A stretch of 64,000 bases of DNA from Bacteriovorax sp. (lineage in GTDB: Bacteria > Bdellovibrionota > Bacteriovoracia > Bacteriovoracales > Bacteriovoracaceae), in assembly GCA_040377165.1 (NCBI GenBank), contig JBEIPI010000003.1:727-64726 (forward strand), written 5' to 3'. The position numbers and the translations under genes are program-made. The notes below the pieces were generated by a model. It was not told the DNA's origin. It ran no database searches and was given only the letters and a program-made list of their open reading frames with translations. Positions 56,201 through 64,000 of this stretch are shown one piece after another; position 1 is the stretch's first letter; every line of letters starts with the position of its first letter.

Positions 56201-56409
56201 AAGGGGCCATGGTCAGGTTAAGGCCGGTACTTATGACTGCACTTGTGGCCGTTTTTGGTTTTTTGCCAATGATGCTCTCAAGCGGCATTGGTTCTGAAGT
56301 ACAGAAACCACTGGCGAGTGTGGTGATTGGAGGGATTATTTCATCCACGCTTCTCACGCTGGTAGTGATTCCATCTCTCTATGGAAAATTAATTTTGAAG
56401 ATTAAATAA
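53287..56409 (+). CDS. czcA: CzcA/CusA-family heavy-metal RND transporter
   Basis: LPIDAVPDITNNQVQ; SGNLMSLGALDFGIIVDG; GFIALSGIAVLNG; RLRPVLMTA. Confidence 0.95.
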   Translation: MLNKIIHFSVFNRYVVLLLTLMVAIAGFYAFQRLPIDAVPDITNNQVQVNTTVDGLAPEEIERTITRPVESALRGIADVEHIRSITRFGLSQVTIVFKDQVDIYRARQVVSERLQGVQGNLPKGATAEIGPISSGLGEIFQYIIDFETPSANREDRLKQLMELKGIQEWVIKPRLLTVEGVAEVNTSGGYEKQFHIMPDIEKMTSYNIHFNDITAALEKVNRNVGGGSVQQTAEQFLIQGIGLLKNEKDILNVPVKKLESLKIIRIRDFAKVSLGREVRTGSATLNGKEAVLGTAMMLIGENSRTVALRVADKIKEVEKGLPPGVKLTVVYDRSVLVNATLGTVEHNLLMGATLVIVILFLLLGNVRAAIITAITIPLTLLATFLIMKPLGLSGNLMSLGALDFGIIVDGTVIVLDNCVRYIHDLKHKLGRNLTKAEVMQAVYDATVEIRLAAGFGELIVVAVFIPVFGLTGVEGKMFLPMAMTFAIAVFCALVFSFTAAPALASIILKGDAEEKEPKFMGFFKKVYEPLLNFSILNPGKIIVIAVSSVAIGVGLFFTRGSEFLPQLSEGSFAFHMIRPVNISLDQSIAFQEKAEMVLRTFPEVENVFSRIGTSEVATDPMGVNVSDTYIMLHDIEKWPKIDGNKQTYASLVQRMIAKLQDEVPGQNYLASQPIQMRFNELLEGTRADVAVKIFGPDLKLLMNYAKETKEIIESVEGAGDVEEDLAGTSPVLQVTPKDEVLTNLGASSGDVLDTVEIALGGYEVGTLYESERKSPIIVKLSEEQRSDLDVIRKLPIGISESLTVPMEKVASSEFAETFGSITREESNRRSAVLVNLRGRDTESFVKEARALVDAKVKLPQGYFFKWGGNFENLELAKNRLLLLTPIALALVLLMIYAAFGNVKETALVFSCVPMALVGGVVSLILNDLPFSISAGVGFIALSGIAVLNGVVLVNFFNQLKEQGIEGIEILKQGAMVRLRPVLMTALVAVFGFLPMMLSSGIGSEVQKPLASVVIGGIISSTLLTLVVIPSLYGKLILKIK

Positions 56410-56464
56410 CAAGAATGCTTTCAAGTGCGGTCTCCTCGACGGCTTGAAACATAAACAGCAACTG

Positions 56465-56494
56465 AGGCAAGGCAATCACGGTCTTGCCTCTTTT
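56465..56494 (+). terminator. Terminator-like hairpin
   Basis: GAGGCAAGGC...GTCTTGCCTC followed by TTTT. Confidence 0.65.
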
Positions 56495-56511
56495 AAACAA
56501 AAGGAGTTTTT

Positions 56512-57000
56512 ATGAGGAAAATTATTGGTTTGATGTTAGTTGTATCTAGTTTTAGTGCTTATTCTTTCGACCATGTTTCAGATGTACTGGTCAGTGGGAA
56601 AGCGCTGGTTTGCAAAGGGCCGGATCAAAAAAGAAGCGGAGACAAAGTGGAGAATTTTAGAGTGGATGGTTCGAGCAAAAGAGAATCGGCACTGATAAAA
56701 ACCGGGGATTTCAAATTGCCGGCAGTGGGGCAAAAAGTAAAAATTGTCCGGTCGCAATTAGTAAGGAAAAATAAAAGTGATTCAAGCTTTGTTCATGCCG
56801 AAGTCGGTGAAGCTCTTGTCGCGGATGCAAACTTAATGAATGAATCGAGAACTCAAGTTAGCTACCCATTCAGAGGTCCAACGGAAACAGCTCTGGTCGC
56901 GTTGACACCCGCAGAAGTAGAGAGAATTAAAATTGATTGTATTGTCCTGGCACCGGTCGGAGAGACAAAAATTCAAACTCATGATTTAGTTCAGTTTTAG
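56512..57000 (+). CDS. Secreted hypothetical protein
   Basis: AAGGAG RBS, signal peptide (AYS), one Cys pair. Confidence 0.7.
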   Translation: MRKIIGLMLVVSSFSAYSFDHVSDVLVSGKALVCKGPDQKRSGDKVENFRVDGSSKRESALIKTGDFKLPAVGQKVKIVRSQLVRKNKSDSSFVHAEVGEALVADANLMNESRTQVSYPFRGPTETALVALTPAEVERIKIDCIVLAPVGETKIQTHDLVQF

Positions 57001-57036
57001 GTCGCTTAGGCAGGCTCCAGTTTTGCTGGGGCTTGC

Positions 57037-57909
57037 TTATATCTTTTTTAATTCTGTTAAAAGATAATTTTTAAAAATGCCTTTATGTTCCTCAATAAAG
57101 CGCTGGTCAGCGGTTATGAGTGATAGATGATAATCTATTCTTTTGTCACTTAGCTGGATAAGTTTCTTTTCCTTAAGTTCCTCTTTTACGCTGGAGAGAG
57201 GAAGAATGGCGATTGACTTTTCCTGTTGCAGGAATTTTTTGATTAACCTATGACTGTTGACAGAGAGTTTTATATCAAGGTTTTTGACTTTTCTTTTTCC
57301 GAAGGCCTTTTCCATGAAAAAGCGCAAGAGTGAATCATCCCGGTGATAGGTTACATACTCATATTCATTTATCCTGCTGTCGTCGAAACTCATTTTTTTA
57401 TTGCCGACAAGTACAGAGGAGTCGGAGAGGGCCGGGAAAATTCTTAGCCCCTGAGGGGCAGCAAGTTCAAAAACAAGCCCGATGTCAAGCAGACCGTTTT
57501 TAACATCGGAGACAATTTGCGATGATTGTTTGAGTTCAATTTGAAATTGTATATCCGGATGCTGCTGTTTGAACTTTGATATAAGATCAAAAAGGAATTG
57601 TTCGCCAGGCTCAACGATGCTTCCGATGCGAATTAGTCCTTGAAAGCTTTTTTTCTGGTTTTTTAAGTCGCTCCAGCTCTGATTCATCTCATTTATCAGT
57701 GGACGAAATTTGAGCATTAACTGGACCGCCTCTTCCGTAGGTTTTACCGTTTTTTTAGTTCGCAAAAAAAGCTTGTAACCCAAGTCTTCTTCCAATTTAA
57801 AAATGTGTTTGCTGACCGCGGGCTGGGCGATGCCGAGCTTTTGGGCGGTTTTAGTGAAGGAGCAGTTTTCATAAAGAGTAAAGAATGTTTCAAGCTCTCT
57901 TATGTTCAT
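57037..57909 (-). CDS. LysR-family transcriptional regulator
   Basis: SFTKTAQKLGIAQPAVSKHIFKLEEDLGYKLFLR. Confidence 0.95.
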   Translation of the reverse strand: MNIRELETFFTLYENCSFTKTAQKLGIAQPAVSKHIFKLEEDLGYKLFLRTKKTVKPTEEAVQLMLKFRPLINEMNQSWSDLKNQKKSFQGLIRIGSIVEPGEQFLFDLISKFKQQHPDIQFQIELKQSSQIVSDVKNGLLDIGLVFELAAPQGLRIFPALSDSSVLVGNKKMSFDDSRINEYEYVTYHRDDSLLRFFMEKAFGKRKVKNLDIKLSVNSHRLIKKFLQQEKSIAILPLSSVKEELKEKKLIQLSDKRIDYHLSLITADQRFIEEHKGIFKNYLLTELKKI

Positions 57910-58031
57910 TATAATCCCACGATATTATTCATTTATCTATTATTCCATTTTGTTATAAGTACCATAAATTAATAATATTTTCAAGCTTTCCCTCCTCAAG
58001 GTAGATATGGACAACCATTCAGGAGGCCCTT

Positions 58032-58592
58032 ATGAAAAAAGAACTTATGCTCTCTACGCTAATGCTCTCGACAACAGTCAGTGCCCAGTCTTTTGCCGCA
58101 ATTGAGACCACTATCAATAAAGCAGCTGAAACCAATTTAAAAACATTTCAAACTCCGGTTTTTCATCTGACAAATCCTTTTACCAATAAAAGCTCAGAGG
58201 TCTATGGGGTCATTAATATGACGAAGGAAGGCTATCGGTTAGAGGATTTGAACTTCGGTAAAGTTACTCATAGTGTATTTTTTAAAATTTTCAATAAGGA
58301 TGGATCTGAATACAAGGATTTTGAGATGGTAGATAGTGATGACGGAGGTTGGTTCATGGAGCTTAGAGGCTCAAGCCCTGATCACAAATCCTATGTTTTG
58401 TGGAGTTGTTCATCAACTCTTAACTGCGGATTTGAGTCGCCAGGTTTTTTGCACCTATCTTTGAATAAACAGAACACCAAAGAGGTTCATTATACAGTTA
58501 ATTTGCCGGTGGCCCGTTATTCTGAGACAGGACAAAGACAGTTAGAACGCATCCATATGCATTTCGACGCTGAATTTCATATTACAAAATAG
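58032..58592 (+). CDS. Secreted hypothetical protein
   Basis: AGGAGG RBS, signal peptide (VSA), beta-rich; divergent from LysR. Confidence 0.75.
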   Translation: MKKELMLSTLMLSTTVSAQSFAAIETTINKAAETNLKTFQTPVFHLTNPFTNKSSEVYGVINMTKEGYRLEDLNFGKVTHSVFFKIFNKDGSEYKDFEMVDSDDGGWFMELRGSSPDHKSYVLWSCSSTLNCGFESPGFLHLSLNKQNTKEVHYTVNLPVARYSETGQRQLERIHMHFDAEFHITK

Positions 58593-59257
58593 TGAAACTT
58601 CAAAGCCAATTTACAACTGATTCATATACAGTTCTGGCCCTGGCCCACTTTGACAGGCTAAGGCTAGAGCTTGCTTCAAACAATCAAATCAATCACGCTG
58701 AACGAATGTCGGTCGTAGCTCATGCGCGGTTGATGAGTTCGAATTCCCTCAGAAGGCAAGAAGAGACCGGGCTGGAGCGATGGAATTTAGCACAGCAACT
58801 GGCCTTTACATCGATGGATCAGTTGGGATCATGGGATTTGATCAAGAAAATTAACTCTATTTTAACCGGGAATGAAATTGAAGTATGTGAACGCAATTCA
58901 GATATCTTTGCGGGCGGAGTGGCCTTCATAGATAACGAAAGAAAAAATGAAATGCTGGAAATATTTAAACATCAACTTTTACCATCCTTAGGAGACCTTC
59001 ATCCGATTATCGCCAGCACTATGCTTCGTTATTGGATCGTCTCCCTGCATGCGTTTTGCGATGGAAATGGTCGAACAGCGCAAACAATTGCAGATGCGTG
59101 GTTGTTAAAATATGATTATCTTCCCTTGGTTTTTATTAATCCTTATCAGGGGCAATTTGCAGCAATGCCTGAGATCAGGGATGAATTTACTTTCGAGGAC
59201 GCTCTCGAATCGTCTTTTGCAGGATTGGCCAACGCATTTAAACTTTACACACCTTAA
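58592..59257 (+). CDS. Fic-domain protein
   Basis: HAFCDGNGRTAQ versus consensus HPFxDGNGRxxR; start overlaps the upstream stop. Confidence 0.85.
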   Translation: MKLQSQFTTDSYTVLALAHFDRLRLELASNNQINHAERMSVVAHARLMSSNSLRRQEETGLERWNLAQQLAFTSMDQLGSWDLIKKINSILTGNEIEVCERNSDIFAGGVAFIDNERKNEMLEIFKHQLLPSLGDLHPIIASTMLRYWIVSLHAFCDGNGRTAQTIADAWLLKYDYLPLVFINPYQGQFAAMPEIRDEFTFEDALESSFAGLANAFKLYTP

Positions 59258-59264
59258 GACAGGG

Positions 59265-60902
59265 CTAATCCATAAGACTCTTCAGGTACTCAAGAACTTC
59301 CTCTCTTTCTTTTTTGGTCAAGGCAGGTTGACCCAACGGCATTCGTATCGAATCCGCTATTTCAGGGTCTGTTCTTTCTTCGATGAGCTTATATAAATTC
59401 TTATTCTGCTTTAATTTCTCCGTGAGCTCCAGCTCATTTAGTAATGGCATTTCCGGCCCGGATTTTATTACCCCTGCTTGATCATGGCATTCAACACAGC
59501 TTTTCTCCCGCATCAGTTTCTGGAAACTGAACATCTTATCGTGCTTCATCTTCTTATTGATTTTCTCAATTTCATCTACAAATCCAGTTGCAACAGAAGG
59601 TCGGGCCGTATTTGGATGGCATTTTGCGGGATCATCAACGATTGGGCGATCGAGCTCGTGTTTCATAAGAGGCTTGAGCTCCTTGCAAAGACTTGCCTCA
59701 TTGTAATCCGAAAAAAAGGCTTCAGATGATAAGGCCGAAATAAATTGAGGATCTGTTCCCTCAAGTTGTTTGGCGAACTTTTCCTTGAAGTCTGATTCCA
59801 AAGAGGATTTGCCTAAATCGGGATGCTTCTTTTTCAAGTGTTCTAAGAGATAGTTCCTGAGCATGATTTTTGAGTCGTGGAAAAAACCGGATTCAGACGA
59901 GCTTTTTTTCCCTTTTTCGAACTCCAGGCTCAAGTCATCAATGCCTATTTTAAAAGCTTCACGTATTTTGGCAGGGTAGAAAAAGCGGTTGGTAAGAGGG
60001 CCCTCGACACTATCGGTAGAAAAGTATTTCTTCATTTTTAATTGATCGCTACTGATATTGTTTCCAATCTCAGAGATGTCACTATGAACACCTCTATAGG
60101 CCAATAGGGCAGTCAAGGCGTCAATGTATTTTTGATCTTGCAGCTCAAAGGAGCATTTCGTTGCGAATAAGAAAGTAGAAATATATGGGTCCTCTGTTAT
60201 TTTTCGACCTTGGGTTTCAACCAGGTGACTTATTAGTAGGGAGGCAAGCCTCAAATTGGGTAAATTTTTTACCAATGGGCTTTCTTGATCGGAGTAAGGA
60301 TAGAATTCGTCTTCTTTTGGCAAATGGAGCTTGCTGTAGCGAGGGTGAGTCTCAGCTTCTTTTCTAAAAATTTTGTACTGCTCTTTTTCCTCTTTGCTCA
60401 GCCCTTCTATGGAGGCACCATAAACACCACTGTTGGCGTCATTATAATCACCCCAGATGGGTCTTGGAGGATTTCCATGGCAGACCAGGCATTTAGCGGG
60501 ATTGCTCTTAGAAATTTTTGGGGGATTTTTTCCATCAGGATCGAATTCAATCTCACGCATTTCAAAGCGCGGTGTGGGAGTTTTAGTGAACTCCATAATC
60601 TCCATTGCGTTTCCGCCTTTTTGTGAAGAATCACTGTTAAAAGTGACAATTAAGTTTCCTGTATTGCCAAAAAGAATCGCGCGGGGCTTTTCATAGCTGG
60701 CCTCATGAAGGCTGCGGCTGGTTCTCATTAAGGTGTAATTCTTTTTTAAATCGTCAGGCAGCACCTCTATAAGCTTATCCATCGAAGTTATTTTTTTCGA
60801 TGAAATGAGACTGGTAAGACTGGTAAAATTAAATTGCTCGTCCTGGGCCTTGAGCTGATAAGGCAGGATTAGAAAATAAATGAGGAGCATCCTAAAAAGC
60901 AT
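59265..60902 (-). CDS. Secreted diheme c-type cytochrome
   Basis: Signal peptide; CLVCH and CVECH; distal RMP motif. Confidence 0.8.
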   Translation of the reverse strand: MLFRMLLIYFLILPYQLKAQDEQFNFTSLTSLISSKKITSMDKLIEVLPDDLKKNYTLMRTSRSLHEASYEKPRAILFGNTGNLIVTFNSDSSQKGGNAMEIMEFTKTPTPRFEMREIEFDPDGKNPPKISKSNPAKCLVCHGNPPRPIWGDYNDANSGVYGASIEGLSKEEKEQYKIFRKEAETHPRYSKLHLPKEDEFYPYSDQESPLVKNLPNLRLASLLISHLVETQGRKITEDPYISTFLFATKCSFELQDQKYIDALTALLAYRGVHSDISEIGNNISSDQLKMKKYFSTDSVEGPLTNRFFYPAKIREAFKIGIDDLSLEFEKGKKSSSESGFFHDSKIMLRNYLLEHLKKKHPDLGKSSLESDFKEKFAKQLEGTDPQFISALSSEAFFSDYNEASLCKELKPLMKHELDRPIVDDPAKCHPNTARPSVATGFVDEIEKINKKMKHDKMFSFQKLMREKSCVECHDQAGVIKSGPEMPLLNELELTEKLKQNKNLYKLIEERTDPEIADSIRMPLGQPALTKKEREEVLEYLKSLMD

Positions 60903-60908
60903 GAACTT

Positions 60909-60935
60909 CTATCGGAATAAAAGAAAAAATGTTTA
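60909..60935 (-). promoter_or_regulatory. sigma28 promoter, leaderless
   Basis: TAAA-N15-TCCGATAG ending 6 nt before ATG 60902; no SD. Confidence 0.65.
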
Positions 60936-60992
60936 AGCGGTAGGTGTTTTTCCGACCAAAGAACTCAGGATAGTTACATGCGAGATAATAGA

Positions 60993-62018
60993 CTAATATT
61001 TGATGACAAATCTTAGTACTGTAAATGGCTGCATGTTGGCGTCTGTCCCATCTCCACCATTAAAACCATCAGTTGTTGTGGTAACACCTCCAAGCAAGAC
61101 TGGAGCAGTCGCTGCAGCGGCATAAATAGAGGCAGAAGAAGGACCTGCAAGCGAAGAAGATAAGATGCTTCCATTTGAAGCGGTAATTGCCCCATCAACT
61201 CCGGTGCTTACACTGATGTCCACAGAAACATCACCATTAACCAACTCTGTACCTCCTGATGAACCCAGGGTGCGGTTGGTGAGAGCTGTTCCCTGGCCGG
61301 CGCCGATAACACTGCGGCCGCGAAGATCGGGTAGATTAAAGGTTGTGCTTCCGTCACCAGCGCCGTAGGTGGTCCCAATAGCAGCAAATAAATCAGAATA
61401 GGTTGTCCTGCTTACGGCTGAGCCGTCACATAGCAGATATCCAGTAGGCAGAGTTGCAGAAGCAGTAGAGATAACTGTCGCAACCGGATTGGTTGTGGTT
61501 GTTGCGGAGAAGCTGCCCCAGCTTGTGCCGTTACAAAACTCCATAACTTTTGATGTTGAATTATACCTCTGAGCCCCTTCATTGCTTGCCGAACATGCCG
61601 TTGATGAGTTTCCTAATTTTATCTCTCCCGATACTTCAATACTACTTGCTACGAGCTCTCCGGTATCCAACGTGAAAGCGATCGGGAATGTGGCCTCCCC
61701 TTGAGCGTTGCTTAAAATAAGCTCGAAGGCCTGGTCAAGAGTTATGGAAATAGCGCGAGTGCTTTTAGCAATAATTTGCGATGAAGATACTGACTCGATT
61801 GAGAATTTTTCATCGCTGTTGTTATTTTTTAATTTAAGTGAAGTGATCTTGGAGAGTCCTGAGCCTGTAACTTTTATTTGATTGTCAGCAAAAGAGACTG
61901 CTTTGACTGAAGGTTTTTGCCTATTGATATTGGTAAGCTTGATCTCACTTTTTGTCAGGACACAGCTTGTCTGTAAGAATAAGGCCAGAATCAGCAGCAG
62001 GCCTTTAGTGTAAAACAT
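60993..62018 (-). CDS. Lipoprotein with a phage tail-collar domain (fibre-like adhesin)
   Basis: Lipobox QTSC; GAQRYNSTSKVMEFCNGTSW; PTGYLLCDG...YSDLFAAIGTTYGAGDGSTTFNLPDLRGR; NMQPFTVLRFVIKY. Confidence 0.88.
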   Translation of the reverse strand: MFYTKGLLLILALFLQTSCVLTKSEIKLTNINRQKPSVKAVSFADNQIKVTGSGLSKITSLKLKNNNSDEKFSIESVSSSQIIAKSTRAISITLDQAFELILSNAQGEATFPIAFTLDTGELVASSIEVSGEIKLGNSSTACSASNEGAQRYNSTSKVMEFCNGTSWGSFSATTTTNPVATVISTASATLPTGYLLCDGSAVSRTTYSDLFAAIGTTYGAGDGSTTFNLPDLRGRSVIGAGQGTALTNRTLGSSGGTELVNGDVSVDISVSTGVDGAITASNGSILSSSLAGPSSASIYAAAATAPVLLGGVTTTTDGFNGGDGTDANMQPFTVLRFVIKY

Positions 62019-62248
62019 GTAAACTCCTCAGAAACATTTTTCGTTAGGTTCGATTGTTACATCATCCGTATTTTTATGAAAAAATAGGGGGTTAAGAGCA
62101 GGTAATTCACTTTAAGGGGATAAAAGTGGCATTATTTCGGGCCATGTCCATAGAAATAAACTTAATCACTTGTGCTATGTGGAGTGACAGAACTCACAGG
62201 TGGATATTAACTATTCTTGAATAAAAATAGCCCTAACCAAGAGAAGTC

Positions 62249-64000
62249 ATGTTTCCTGAAAAATTCATTTCACTTATCATCATTGCAACTGCGATTCTTT
62301 TTTCTTCATGCACTAAAAAGCAGGACGCAACTGAGCGAGTTTTAAATATTACAGCACCTAGTGACATCAAAGGGTTTGATCCGATGATGGCCAGTGATGT
62401 GGGTTCAGCTGCACAAATCGCAAAAATCTATGAAGGTCTTTTGACTTATCACTGGTTGAAATTGCCATATGAACTTATTCCCAATCTCGCCGAGGCGATG
62501 CCGGAGATTTCAGCAGACGGGATGACTTACACGTTTAAAATTAGAAAGGGCGTTTTTTTTCAGGATGATGCCGCTTTCCCGAATGGAAAAGGAAGAGAGC
62601 TTAAGGCCTCGGACTTTGTTTATTCTTTCAAGCGACATGCTGACTCTAAAAACCAATCAACAGGATGGTGGTTGTTTGATGGAAAGATTAAAGGTCTCAA
62701 TGAGTGGAGAGAGAAGTACGCAAATCTTCCTGCGGCCAATTATGACGAGGAAGTCGAAGGTGTAAAGGCCATCGATAATTACACCCTTCAGTTTAAGCTG
62801 GCGAAAGTGTTTCCTCAATTCATGTATGCACTGGCGATGCCTTTTTCATATGTTGTGGCAAAAGAAGCGGTTGAGAAGTACGGAAAAGAGTTTATCAATC
62901 ATCCTGTCGGAACTGGCCCGTATGTACTTCCGGTTTTTGACCAGGGCAAGCGTCTTGTTTTCACAAAAAATCCGACCTATAGGGAGAGATTTTATCCGTC
63001 AGAAGCATCTCCTGAGTTCAAGCATATGCTGGCCGATGCGGGAAAAAAACTTCCTCTGGTAGATAAAATTATTGTAAGTGTCATGGTTGAATCTCAGCCG
63101 GCATGGTTGAAGTTCAATAAAGCGGAAGTGGATTACCTGAGTATCCCAAAGGATAATTTTAGCAGCACGATCGTTGATAATAAACTTTCAAAAGAGATGA
63201 CGGATAAGGGGATCTCTCTGACGATCACGCCGGCGCTGGATGTTTATTTTTATGGTTTTAATTTTGATCACAAAATTTTCCAGAATGTGAAAATTAGGCG
63301 AGCGATGAGCCTCGCCTTTGACCAGGCAATGCTTAATAAGCTTTTTTACAACAACACAGGTTTTCCAGCGGAGTCAGTTGCTCCTCCGGGAATTGCAGGG
63401 AATTCGCCAGGCTTTAAGAATCAATGGAAGGGCCCAAATCTCGAGCTTGCCCGAAAATTACTGGCCGAAGCAGGTTATCCGAATGGAAAGGGCCTACCGG
63501 AAATAACGGTGGACACATTTAGTTCGACATCTGCCCGCCAAAAAGCGGAGTTCTTTCAAAAGCAAATGGAGAGTATTGGAATTAAAATTAAAGTGGTTAC
63601 TAATTTGAATCCAGAGCTGCAGGCCAAGATTAAAAAAAGATCAGTGATGATGATTGATTATGGATGGATTGGTGATTATCCGGACACGGAAAATTTCCTG
63701 CAGATTTTTTATGGACCTAATTCTTCTCCCGGGGCCAATAGTGCGAACTATAATAATCCTGAGTTTAACAGGATGTATGAAGTAGTTGCTAAAATGCAGG
63801 ACTCGCCGGAGAGAACCAGGCTGTATGAAGAGGCCAGCCAGTTCCTTGCGAATGAAGCCGTGGCCATTTTTACCGTGCACACTCAAAGTTATATGCTTCA
63901 GCAGAAATGGGTGAAGAATTATCACGACAGCGATTTCATTTTTGACTTCCACCAATACATCAATATTGACCAGAAAGAGAAAGGCGAATGGGTGAAGAAA
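62249..64000 (+). CDS. Oligopeptide ABC transporter substrate-binding lipoprotein (family 5), 3'-truncated; not in ORF track
   Basis: MFPEKFISLIIIATAILFSSC lipobox; KGFDP; IYEGLLTY; IPNLAE; YTFKIRKGVFF; HPVGTGPY; LLAEAGYPNG; GWIGDYPD; frame appears open to the window end. Confidence 0.92.
   Translation, partial: MFPEKFISLIIIATAILFSSCTKKQDATERVLNITAPSDIKGFDPMMASDVGSAAQIAKIYEGLLTYHWLKLPYELIPNLAEAMPEISADGMTYTFKIRKGVFFQDDAAFPNGKGRELKASDFVYSFKRHADSKNQSTGWWLFDGKIKGLNEWREKYANLPAANYDEEVEGVKAIDNYTLQFKLAKVFPQFMYALAMPFSYVVAKEAVEKYGKEFINHPVGTGPYVLPVFDQGKRLVFTKNPTYRERFYPSEASPEFKHMLADAGKKLPLVDKIIVSVMVESQPAWLKFNKAEVDYLSIPKDNFSSTIVDNKLSKEMTDKGISLTITPALDVYFYGFNFDHKIFQNVKIRRAMSLAFDQAMLNKLFYNNTGFPAESVAPPGIAGNSPGFKNQWKGPNLELARKLLAEAGYPNGKGLPEITVDTFSSTSARQKAEFFQKQMESIGIKIKVVTNLNPELQAKIKKRSVMMIDYGWIGDYPDTENFLQIFYGPNSSPGANSANYNNPEFNRMYEVVAKMQDSPERTRLYEEASQFLANEAVAIFTVHTQSYMLQQKWVKNYHDSDFIFDFHQYINIDQKEKGEWVKK

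Noticed and set aside
60933-60958. Plus-strand sigma28-like site (TTAA-N14-TCCGACCA)
   Set aside because: Weak -10, short spacing and no downstream sense gene.
184-63955. Many 60-165 aa track ORFs antisense to or nested in long genes (e.g. 1113..1577, 30474..30947, 31523..32017, 54000..54446, 62565..62765)
   Set aside because: Shadow frames of well-supported CDSs, with no motifs of their own.
1-64000. CRISPR array, rRNA, tRNA or prophage
   Set aside because: No regularly spaced repeats, RNA-gene signatures or phage gene clusters seen by eye; a short ncRNA could have been missed.

Overview
About 64 kb of a moderately AT-rich Gram-negative chromosome. Gene content suggests a predatory Bdellovibrionota (Bacteriovorax-like) organism; this is an inference from the secreted hypothetical proteins, tail-collar lipoprotein, ABCC-type transporter and sigma28/sigma54 promoter usage. 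Layout: (1) 1-13.2 kb, the 3' end of a Gly-activating NRPS (C-A-T-TE) followed by a GH123/DUF4091-like lipoprotein, two paralogous JmjC oxygenases, a priming phosphoglycosyl transferase, a GH74-like lipoprotein and an S41 peptidase. (2) 13-22.7 kb, an M28 aminopeptidase, a large secreted Cys/His-dyad protein, an operon of two atypical TolC-like proteins with no transporter partner, and OM phospholipase A. (3) 22.9-34.2 kb with outliers at 44.8 and 49-50.5 kb, a general-stress-type gene island (DUF1328 x2, CsbD x2, ElaB-like, BON, Gly-zipper, YihY, hemerythrins x3, CBS, DUF72). Nearly every transcription unit there has a sigma54 -24/-12 promoter, and three divergent promoter pairs flank a shared pseudo-palindromic enhancer-like motif, next to an NtrC-family activator and an Hpt protein. 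This is the strongest candidate for an undescribed system. An IS1-like element with perfect 22-bp inverted repeats interrupts the island. (4) 34-64 kb, an L,D-transpeptidase, ABCC transporter, sensor kinase, a two-gene sigma28-driven module encoding a signal-peptide-bearing colicin E3-like RNase with no visible immunity gene, a Czc-type RND system with a miniature adaptor and a candidate leader peptide, LysR/Fic, a diheme cytochrome, a tail-collar lipoprotein and a partial OppA. No rRNA, tRNA or CRISPR array was seen. All calls come from reading motifs by eye; no database searches were run.
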